Shown in pieces: positions 1 to 9,100 of a stretch of 20,000 nt of DNA; the stretch's first letter is position 1; each line of letters begins with the position of its first letter. Under the pieces are notes generated by a model, which saw only the letters and a list, made by a program, of their open reading frames with translations, did no database searches and had not been told where the DNA came from. A program made the position numbers and the translations under genes. This stretch comes from an uncultured virus (IMG/VR IMGVR_UViG_3300026549_002379) (lineage: Duplodnaviria > Heunggongvirae > Uroviricota > Caudoviricetes), in IMG/VR virus record IMGVR_UViG_3300026549_002379. One strand, written 5' to 3'.

Positions 1-452
1 TTCCTGCCCTTGAACGCCTTCTGCACCTCAGGCGCAGACTCGTCGACAAAGTACATACGCGTGTACTTCTTCGCACGGATGTTGTTCTCCATCAGAATCT
101 CGAACGCCAGCAACTGGCCTTCGCCCGTAGGGTCGTCATCGGTCGCGACACAAACCTCGTCGCATCCCTTGAACGTCTTCTTGATGTTCGCAATGGTGGC
201 TGCCGTGTCCGGCTTCTTGGAACGGCTCCAGTTGAACTGCGTAGGGTCCCATGGCAGATTCGCCAGGTCCCATGACTTGTACTGTGCCCGCAACGCCGCA
301 GGCACCTGCTTCTCGGGCGTGTCAAACTCATAGAGATGACCGCGTGCGGCGACAATCGTGTACTGTTCGCCGTTATACGTGCCCTGCATGCCACCCAGCG
401 CCTTGGCAAAATTTCGCGCCTGTGACGGCTTCTCTGCAAGAATTCCTATCAT
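1..452 (-). CDS. topB: Type IA DNA topoisomerase (TopoIII/TopB-like), N-terminal TOPRIM part, running off the window edge
   Basis: Not in the ORF track. Manual translation from ATG at 452 gives MIGILAEKPSQARNFAKALGG...IVAARGHLYEF...VCVATDDDPTGEGQLLAFEIL...RMYFVDES, with TOPRIM motifs AEKPS, GHL and ATDxDxxGEG. RBS GAAAGGAG lies just upstream. Confidence 0.9.
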   Translation of the reverse strand, partial: MIGILAEKPSQARNFAKALGGMQGTYNGEQYTIVAARGHLYEFDTPEKQVPAALRAQYKSWDLANLPWDPTQFNWSRSKKPDTAATIANIKKTFKGCDEVCVATDDDPTGEGQLLAFEILMENNIRAKKYTRMYFVDESAPEVQKAFKGR

Positions 453-514
453 ATGAAATCTCCTTTCGGGCACAGCCTTTTATCTCAGAGGCGTGCCGTC
501 TCATATTCGTGTCA

Positions 515-543
515 ATGATATCATAAATTTTGGCCTGAATCAA
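515..543 (-). promoter_or_regulatory. Sigma70-type promoter for the topoisomerase gene
   Basis: Minus strand TTGATT (543-538), 17 bp spacer, TATCAT (520-515), with a TGn extended -10. Confidence 0.65.
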
Positions 544-551
544 GCCATATA

Positions 552-1310
552 TCAACGGATTGGCCGTCCATCACGACGTTTCGCAAGCTCAATCCGCTGT
601 GCCGACTGCATCTGCAGACGACGCATGACGTCCTCCACGCCATCCTCTCCGAAGTCGACATCACCGGGCTTCGCCGGATTGCCACGACGATAGCCAAGAC
701 GGTCGAACACCAGATACGACAGCGCCAGCTCGGCCTCGTGATTCAAATCGAGCAGCGTCCTCAGCTGCATCGTCGCCTTCGTAATCGACTTCTGCATGGC
801 CAGCATCGGGTCGCTGGCATCGCTCGCCTTCGCATAGGCGTTGGCAAGACGCAGCTGCTCCGGCGTCAAGTCCTCATAGTTCCCAAGCGTCACCGCCATG
901 AACGCCGTGACCGCATCGGTATTGTTCGCCGCATCCACAAGGCCCGGAAGCATACGCACCTGCCGTATCAGGGACAGAGGAATGTCCTTTACCTGACTAA
1001 GCTTCACGTCTTCCTTCTTCTTGCCCTGCGACGGCTTCGGCACGTTCGTGCTCTTCGCCATCACCACGGGCTCCCTCTTCGCCTTCGGCCTATGAGGCGG
1101 CTCCATATCCGCCTGCTGGTCTGCAACGACATCCGTCGTCGACATCTCGGTTCCCGCCGGCGATGCCTCAACGCTCACAGTACTATCGGAAACAACAGGC
1201 CTCTCGTCCACATCGGGAAGCTTTCGCGGCTGCTTTCCCTCTTTCTTGGCCTGCTGCATGCGGTCCTTTATCATCAGATAGTTCACATCAAAAACGTCAT
1301 TCTCCGCCAT
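552..1310 (-). CDS. Hypothetical protein (252 aa) with a disordered N-terminal half and a helical C-terminal half
   Basis: RBS AAGGGAG upstream of the ATG. Third gene of a tight operon with two RHH genes. No family recognised. Confidence 0.75.
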   Translation of the reverse strand: MAENDVFDVNYLMIKDRMQQAKKEGKQPRKLPDVDERPVVSDSTVSVEASPAGTEMSTTDVVADQQADMEPPHRPKAKREPVVMAKSTNVPKPSQGKKKEDVKLSQVKDIPLSLIRQVRMLPGLVDAANNTDAVTAFMAVTLGNYEDLTPEQLRLANAYAKASDASDPMLAMQKSITKATMQLRTLLDLNHEAELALSYLVFDRLGYRRGNPAKPGDVDFGEDGVEDVMRRLQMQSAQRIELAKRRDGRPIR

Positions 1311-1328
1311 ATCGCATCACTCCCTTCG

Positions 1329-1646
1329 TCATACCTCGCCATCCTCATGCTCCAACAGATAGTTGTCGCCACGGGTCAGACCGAGCAGGCTGTCGAATCC
1401 GCTCACCGTCACGTCCTCCAGGCTCCTGACATTGCTCGAAAGCACAGTGACCGCGTCTATCAGCTGATTCAGCCTCGCCACCTCCGCCGTCGGGAGGTCA
1501 TAATCGCCGTTCTCGCGCCCTATCTGGCGCTCCAGCGCCTCCTGCATGTATTCGTTCGCTGACAAACCACGGCGCTTCGCCCAGTACTGGAGCCTCTGGT
1601 AATCGTCCTCAGAGAGCCTCAGCGTCATTCTGTGCCCTTCTGCCAT
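1329..1646 (-). CDS. Ribbon-helix-helix (CopG/Arc-like) protein with a C-terminal coiled-coil extension
   Basis: RMTLRLSEDDYQRLQYWAKRRGLSANEYMQEALER fits the RHH pattern. RBS AGGAGG. Overlaps the upstream RHH gene. Confidence 0.75.
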   Translation of the reverse strand: MAEGHRMTLRLSEDDYQRLQYWAKRRGLSANEYMQEALERQIGRENGDYDLPTAEVARLNQLIDAVTVLSSNVRSLEDVTVSGFDSLLGLTRGDNYLLEHEDGEV

Positions 1647-1816
1647 GCCGTATCAGCCTCCTTCCTGTTCGCGTCGACCCATTCGTGAATCAGCGCCGCG
1701 ACGGTCATGCCGCGCTCGGCAGCCATGACCTTCAGCGCCGTCTTGTCATCCACGGACAGTGATATCTGCATCGTTGTACGCCTCTTTCCGGCGCACACGT
1801 CATTCGTATCCGTCAT
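1625..1816 (-). CDS. Small ribbon-helix-helix DNA-binding protein (63 aa)
   Basis: TTMQISLSVDDKTALKVMAAERGMTVAALIHEWV fits the RHH pattern. Start moved to ATG 1816 because RBS GAAAGGAG precedes it. Confidence 0.75.
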   Translation of the reverse strand: MTDTNDVCAGKRRTTMQISLSVDDKTALKVMAAERGMTVAALIHEWVDANRKEADTAWQKGTE

Positions 1817-1832
1817 CCGCGCATCTCCTTTC

Positions 1833-1876
1833 TTATCCATTTATCCAATTATACATAATATTACGCCGGAAATCAA
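1833..1876 (-). promoter_or_regulatory. Sigma70 promoter of the RHH operon with tandem TTATCCA repeats at the start site (candidate operator)
   Basis: TTGATT (1876-1871), 17 bp, TATAAT (1853-1848). Direct repeats TTATCCA at 1833-1839 and 1841-1847. Confidence 0.7.
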
Positions 1877-2003
1877 GACCCTGCGCCACAGTTCGACCGA
1901 AAACGCGACGGCATGACCCAACGCGTAAGCGTCGAACCCACACGACGCCCTGAGAGCCGATTTAAGACGTCTTTATCACCAGAAAGTAAAACGTATCGAC
2001 AGG

Positions 2004-2040
2004 CAAAAGAAAACGCCCCTGAGAGCATCTCAGAGGCGTC
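2004..2040 (-). terminator. Intrinsic terminator downstream of the sortase gene
   Basis: Minus strand ACGCCTCTGAGA-tgc-TCTCAGGGGCGT followed by TTTCTTTT. Confidence 0.7.
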
Positions 2041-2054
2041 CTTTTCACCGTCTA

Positions 2055-3044
2055 TCAATTTTCAGACGCATCGCCCGACTCATCGCCGGACTTATCGTCC
2101 GACACACTGCCGGACGTGCTCACGGCATCAATCTGTGCCTTACGAGTCGCGTCAACAGCCTTCGCCCAGGCATTGTACGCCCGCTCATCGTCCTTGTCGA
2201 CATAGGTTCCGCTGTCATAGTAATACGCGGCATCGGGGGCGGAGACAAGCACGAACCGCATCAGCGCCCCGCCGTTCGGACGGTTGCACGTCGACATCAT
2301 CAGAATCCGCGTATTCTTGTCGGGCGTGTCGCCGACCCTGTACCTGGCATTCGCGGCCACATGCTGAATCATCTCGCCGTACTTATCGGAACCCAACTCG
2401 TACGGGATGTCATAGATTTCGTCCGACTCCCAGGCATCCAGCCCGGCCCACACGCGCCAGCGCTCGGAATGGTCCGGATAATAGATATAAACGTACGGAT
2501 AGTCGGACGCTCCCTGCACCGTACCCCAGCGCGTAGGCAGATTCGAGAACTGCCACTCGCCATTATAGCTGTTCATACGATGCCCGAGAATCAGAAGCCT
2601 TGCATCGTCCGGCAAAGAGCCGTCCTCGTTCTTCGGCTCGGCCGGCACCAGAAAGGCCCCACAGCCGTTATAGGTCTTGTCCAAGCCCTTCAGGTTATAG
2701 AAATACTGGTTCACCGTGCGCTCCTGCATCACGGGCGCGTCAATCTTCGTTCCCGGAACGTACATCCAACGCGTAGCATCGGCGTTCTCTGCAATGAGCG
2801 AATTGAAGTCAATGCGCCTGAGCAGGTTCTCATCAATGCCGAAGCGCTCGGCATCATCCTTGGCCGGCTCCTGCACGACCTCCTGCACGACCTCCTGTGC
2901 CACGTCCGACACCTCGTCATCCGCGTCCTTCTTCTCCGACGCGTCATGGCCGACGTACCACACACCGTACGTCATAGCCAAAACGGCCGCTATTGCAAGA
3001 ACGACGCCAAGCACGCGCCGACCCACCAATCCTTTCCTGTTCAT
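2055..3044 (-). CDS. srtB: Class B sortase
   Basis: N-terminal TM helix. IDFNSLIAENADATRWMYVPGTKIDAPVMQ is typical of SrtB. Catalytic His (ILGHRM), Cys (MMSTC, equivalent to LSTC) and Arg (MRFVLV) are present. RBS AAAGGAGG. Confidence 0.88.
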   Translation of the reverse strand: MNRKGLVGRRVLGVVLAIAAVLAMTYGVWYVGHDASEKKDADDEVSDVAQEVVQEVVQEPAKDDAERFGIDENLLRRIDFNSLIAENADATRWMYVPGTKIDAPVMQERTVNQYFYNLKGLDKTYNGCGAFLVPAEPKNEDGSLPDDARLLILGHRMNSYNGEWQFSNLPTRWGTVQGASDYPYVYIYYPDHSERWRVWAGLDAWESDEIYDIPYELGSDKYGEMIQHVAANARYRVGDTPDKNTRILMMSTCNRPNGGALMRFVLVSAPDAAYYYDSGTYVDKDDERAYNAWAKAVDATRKAQIDAVSTSGSVSDDKSGDESGDASEN

Positions 3045-3081
3045 ACGGAAGGCATCCTCCTTTCAATGTTCGTTTACGCCA

Positions 3082-3110
3082 ATTATAAGCGATTTCAGCT
3101 CATAAATCAA
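3082..3110 (-). promoter_or_regulatory. Sigma70 promoter for the sortase gene
   Basis: TTGATT (3110-3105), 17 bp, TATAAT (3087-3082). Confidence 0.7.
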
Positions 3111-3113
3111 GGC

Positions 3114-3150
3114 ATAAAGAAAGGACGCACCCCTCGCGGAGTGCGTCCTC
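3114..3150 (-). terminator. Intrinsic terminator after the adhesin gene
   Basis: Minus strand AGGACGCACTCC-gcga-GGGGTGCGTCCT followed by TTCTTTAT. Confidence 0.75.
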
Positions 3151-3177
3151 CCTATTATCGCGTCATGTCGTCAGACA

Positions 3178-6100
3178 TTAGCCGCGAGCCTGCTGACGCT
3201 TACGTACGTAGTACGTGATAGCGCCTGCAAGAGCCGCAAGCATTGCGATTGCGACCATGATACCGGCATTGCCGATACCCGTCTGCAGGTTGACGTGAGT
3301 CGTAGTAGGCGGAGTCTTGGACTCTTCCTTGACCGTCACGGTCTGACCCTCGTCATTGACATCCTCATGCTTGCCAACCAGAGTGCCGTTTGCGGAGTAG
3401 ACATACTCGTAAGCGACAACCTTGGCACCGTTTGCCATGTTGGACGTATCCAGCGTGAACGTCATCTCGACGTCACCCGTTGTGGCCTCCGGCGTGAACT
3501 CGGTCTCGGCAGTCACAGGGTTTCCATTGGAATCCTTGATGGCCTTGCCCTCGCCGTCAACCAGGGTGCCCTTCACGGTGTACTTCTCGCCCACATAGAG
3601 GTTCTCGTAGTGGACGGAGTCGACAACACTGACCTTATCGGCCTTCTGGATGTCCTTGGACTTCTTGTCCGCGCCAGTAAGGGTCGTACCGACCTTCATC
3701 TTGTGCACGGACTGGGACTCGTCGTTGATGTCAGCATGGGTTGCAATCTTGACACCGTCCTCAGACAGGTCTTCGAACGCAACGACAGTCTGGCCGTCAA
3801 GCGCACCGGCCTCGATTTCGAAGTCGAACGGAACATCGACCGTGCCATTGGCCTCCTTCGGAGTGAAAGTGACAGTCGCCGCAACCGGCTTGCCATCCTT
3901 ACCCTTCAGAATCGTGGCATCCTCGGTCGTATCGTCCTTCTTGGCATCGGCATCGTCAGCCTTCGTCACATCAGCGCCCTCGTCCTTCTTAGCGTCGGAC
4001 TCAGTTGCCTTATCGGTCGAAGCAGCCTCAGCCTTTGCATCGGAATCCGTGGCCTTCGCGTCGGACTTGTCATCGGACTTAGCCTCAGACTTATCATCAG
4101 CCTTTGCATCGGAATCCGTGGCCTTCGCGTCGTCCTTCTTGCCATCAGACGCTGCCGTCTTCTGAACATGAAGCGTACCAGTCAGCGTATACTCCTTGCC
4201 AGGAGTCAGGCCTTCGTATGCAACAGTATCGACAAGCTCGACGTGAGTCGTCTCAGACATCGCATGCGTCTTGGTCGTCTTGTCCAGAGCAGTCGTCTGA
4301 ACGTCGACGAAGCTTACCGTCTGGTCCTTATCCGTGATGTCAGAGTGAGTGGCAATCGTACGGTCGCCCTCCTTGACAGTCTCGAATGCGACAACGCTAT
4401 GACCAGCGAGTCCAGCAGCATTGAACGTGAACGTCACGTCAACCGTGCCGGTCGTCTTCTCAGGCGTGAACTCGGCAGTCGCCGTAACAGCCTTTCCGTC
4501 GGCATCCTTCAGGGCACCGCCGTCAACGATGTTGCCATCCTTGTCGACGTCCTGCAGATGAAGCTCGCCACTCACGGTGTACTTCTTGCCAACCTCAAGG
4601 TTCTCATAGGCGATGGTATCGGTCAGAACGACCGTCTCGTCCTTTTTCTCAGTCTTCTCAGACTTCGAATCGGACGCCGTATCCTTCGCCGAATCAGACT
4701 TCGTCTCAGTCGTGCTGTCGGACTTGACTTCCTCAGCAACCTTGCTATCGGACTTGACGTCCTCAGTTGCGATGCTGTCAGCCTTTACGGACTCGTCGGA
4801 AGCCTTGGCATCAGCCGAAGCGTCATCCTTCTTGTCCTTCGAGGCATCATAGGAAGCCTGCGTCACATGCGTACCGTTCTCGGCAACCATCGTGGTGCCA
4901 ATCTTCGGAACGTAGACGCTCTGGCCCTCGTCCGTGATATCGGCATGAACGGCCAGCGTCTTGTCCTCACGGGACAGGTCCTCGAATGCGACGATGGTCT
5001 GTCCACCAAGGGCAGAAGCATCGAACGTGAACTCGAGATTGACCTTCATGTCAGCCTTGTCGGCCTTGAAAGTCGTAGATGCGACAACGTCCTTGCCATC
5101 GGCATCCTTCAGAGCGCCAAGGTCCTTGCCGTCCTTGTCGCGAAGATGAAGCGCACCGCTTACCTTGTACTCCTTGCCAACAACCAGGTTCGTAGCGTCA
5201 ACAGTGTCAACGACGGTCTGATTCTTGTCTGCGGCGACAATCTTGCCACCGCTGGCCTTATCGGTAGCAGTCGTTCCGACCTTCGGGAAGGTCACGGTCT
5301 GTCCCTCGTCGTTGATATCGTTATGCGTTGCAAACTCAACGTTGTCAGACGTCAGAGACTCGAACGCAACGACGGTCTTGCCTGCGACGTCAACGCCGGA
5401 GAACTCGAACACAACGTCAGCCTTGCCAGAAGACTTTGAAGGAGCAAACGTGGTCGTGGCAGTAATCGGATTGCCATCGGCATCCTTGACAGCCTCGCCA
5501 GTCTCCTTGTCCATCAAAGTGGCAGTCAGCGTATAGTTCTTGCCCTTCTCGACACCGCTGTAGTCAACGGTATCGGTCAGCTTGATGGTCTTGGCAGCCG
5601 CATTGGCCTCATGCTCGACATCGCCGGTGAACGTCGTACCGATACGAGGAATCGTAACGGTCTGGTCCTCGTCCGTCAGGTCCTTATGGTCGACAATCTC
5701 ATCGCCATTCTGCTCAAGAGACTCGAACGCAACAAGCTTGTTAGTACCGACCTTGGACATGTCGACGTTCTCGAACACGACATCCGTCTTGCCGGTCATA
5801 TTCGAAGCAGTGAACTCAGACTCGGCCGTTGCGACAACGCCCTTGTCGTTGCCATCGTCATCGACAGCATGCAGCTCGCCCTTCAGCGTGTACTTCTCGT
5901 CCTGGGACAGGCCGTTGTAGGAAACGGTATCCGTCAGGTTGACAGTTCCGACAGAAGGAACGGACTTACCGGTATCAGCGGAAAGCTCGGTGCCAATCGT
6001 GATGGTCTTGTCGTCAATCGTGCCGTAGTCGAGGTCAATGCCCTCGCCGTTCGGATTTCCGTACTTATGCAGAGTCACAGTGAACTGGACGAGGTGATGA

Positions 6101-9100
6101 CCCTTGTTCGTGTCAGATGCCAGCTCGGTCACAGTGTACGTATCGTAAGGGAACGCGCGCAGGTCATCATTGACCTTGACGTTGCGACCATTTACATCAT
6201 AGGACTTGCCGTCCTCAGCCCACTTCGTCATGTCAGAAGACATGCCCGTGAACCACGTACCGGCCTCGGAATCGAGCTTGCTCGAGTCGACGACCTTGTA
6301 GTCACCGTCTGCGTCCTTCTGGATTGCACCGTTCGTATTAGGAGAATCCGGGTCGTTCGCATTGGTGTTCTGCGTATGAGCGTTCCAAGAGGAACCCCAG
6401 GTACCATTCTCATCCGTAACGATGACATGGGTCTCGCCAGTCGTATTGGACGTCACCTTGAAGGCAACCTTGTCCATGCGCTCCATGGAGTCCTCATCCT
6501 TCTTCTTGAAGGACCAGTCCTCACGAGACACCTGGTTGGCAACGACATCGTCCTCGTCGAGCAGGTCGACATAACCATCGTGCGTATGCTGGGTCAGCGT
6601 CACCGTCCAGCTCTTGGACGTATCGTCGTACAGATAACCAGTGCCGGACTTAATCTCACGAACCTCGTAGGTGCCATAAGGAAGCACCTTGCCGCTATCG
6701 GCATAGCACTTGCCATCATGCCACTCCGTGGCCATGGTCAGAACGCTCTCACCAGGCTTGTACGTAACGCCATTGACCTTGACATCATTCGCGGAACGGT
6801 TGATGACATCGAAGACAGCACCATCAAGGTGTGCCTCGCCAAGCTGGATGTACTGCTTGGTCTCACGGTCGACCTTGCCGACACGCAGGCCACCACGCCA
6901 GATGTCGTTCGCGTTCCACTTGTTCGCATCAGAGTCATAGCTCTTCAACTGACCGTCCTCGGTAATCTGGAACGTATCGGACCAACCCGCATTAAGATGC
7001 GAATCGTTGGCCGAACCGTCAGTTGCCGAATTGACCTCGCGAATCTCATACGTGCCGTACTCAAGCGTCTTATCGTTGTCCGTATCGACAACGTACTTGG
7101 AGCCATCCCACTTCACGTTGTCAGTCTTGGCAACGTAAGCCTTGAGATTGTCATCGTACTTCGTAGTAATAGTCGTCACGACATCGCCGACAGCGACGTC
7201 CTTGCCGTCATACTTCACCTTGTTGTCAGAGCGGTTGATGATTTCGTACTTGACATCGGCAAGAGAACCATCGCCCTGGTCACGAGATGCGTTCCAGTCC
7301 TTCTCGGCCTTGGTCACAAGCACACCGCCGCGCCAAACCTTATCAATGTAAGAACCAACAGCGTCGGCAGTCGTCTTTGCAGAAGGCCATGTTGCAATCT
7401 GGTGCTGTTCAGCCTCACCATTGCTATCGGCATCCGTCAATGTAAACGCCTGCGGGTCACCAGAAACAGCCACGCCAGAGGGCGCATTGACTTCAGTAAT
7501 CACTACAGTGCCAAGAGGAATAGTATTCTTCATGCCAGTGCCATCATGATACGGCCAAGTACCGGAAACTGGCGTCGCCGCACCGAACAGCAAAAAACCG
7601 TCATCATCCGTCGCAAACACAGCAGATGCCTTCGGAGAACCACTGGCCTGGGCAGCTGCCACAGAATCATACACATCACTATAGTAATCTACACGGAACT
7701 GCACGCCCGAGAGCTTGACATCGCCACGCATCGTGCCAGCCTTGTCTTCGCCATCCAGAGCCTTCTGAACCATAATGCCCATAGGGTCCTTGGTTGCAGG
7801 CTCAGCGAACTGACCGTCCAGCGTAACCTTGGAATGACCACCACTCGTCGCCTCCACGGATGCCACAGCAGGGTTCGTCGTATAACCACAATTACCGGAC
7901 TTGATTTCCTTAAGATAGTAAGTGCCTTCCTCAAGAGGGCCAACCTCGTTCGTCACGCCAGTATTGTTCTGAACCGTCAGGATATCCACGCGATTAGTGC
8001 ACTCGGCATCCTTGTAAACGCCGTACTGCGCACCGGTCATGTCATAGGCCGAGTTGCCGTTCGTATAGGAAGAATCCTCAGGAACCTTCACAGCGGACAG
8101 ATATCCACCAGCCTGCTTCCACGTGACAGTGAACAGACCGACACCGGCTTGCGTATTCATGGTCGGAGATACGATGGCAATCGTCATCGTATGATTAGCC
8201 ATATCGACATCAAGCACACGAACGTCGATGTCCAAGTCATCGGGATTAGAATGATTCTCGCCATACGAAATATGGGCACAGTACAGACCGACCGTTTGCG
8301 CCGGAATCTGGATGGTGTTGCCATCCACCGTCACGGTCTGGGCCTTGATGTGAGAGACACGCTCAACGAAGCCCCACGTAGTATCATCTGTCCACAACTC
8401 TTCCGTACTGATGCCCGCACCGCTAAGAACGGCCCTGGCAAGCGTATCAGGGTTACCGTTATTGGCTGCATGCACATTATAAGTGGCGCCTTCATCGCCA
8501 ACATAATAGTTACGGCTGCCAATCTTGAATGTCATGCCAGCCTGCGGCGCATTGGAAAACGTCCAGGTGCCGCCATACGACGGTGCCGTGTCGGCCTTCG
8601 CCGTGAACGAGAACAAGTTGCGAACAGACTTCATGAAGCCATTGCTCATCTTCACGGAAACAGAATCGACATCCACAGGTGACATGGCGATACTCAGAAC
8701 ACCAGTCGCTTCGTTATACGACCACATACTGGTGTCATGGCCATAGGAAACGCCATTCACAACGACAGAATCAATCGTATCGGACGAAATGCTCTTGCGG
8801 GCCTCGTCATCATTAGCGAGCGTGACATTCGTCACAAGCGCAGACGTCGATGCCTCGGCCGTACCTGAATCAGCGACATCGCCCTTCACGCCACCCTTGT
8901 CGACGCTCACCGCGACATCGGACGTAGCCGAGTCGCCGGTCACATAAAGCAGCTCGACGCGAACGGCGTTCTTGCCATCCTTCGTACGTGCAACAGGCAC
9001 GTACACAAGGCCGCTTTCCTTGTCATAGACGACATCGTCATACACGGTGCCGGACGTATCGTTGCGGCCTGCAACGACATCGGTGACATTCTTGCCATTG

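Noticed and set aside
10..555. Short ORF-track calls at the window start
   Set aside because: They overlap the topoisomerase frame (ATG 452, open to the edge) and its promoter.
1833..1847. DnaA boxes
   Set aside because: Only 7 of 9 bases of TTATCCACA match, there are two copies, and they lie at a transcription start, which fits an operator better.
2868..2905. 12-bp tandem repeat in srtB (QEVVQEVVQE) as a phase-variation switch
   Set aside because: It is in frame and in a linker, so copy-number change would not switch expression.
3295..8682. Long plus-strand ORFs (714 aa and 1023 aa) opposite the adhesin
   Set aside because: Antisense shadows of a high-GC coding gene. No recognisable motifs and an unnatural V/L/R/G-rich composition.
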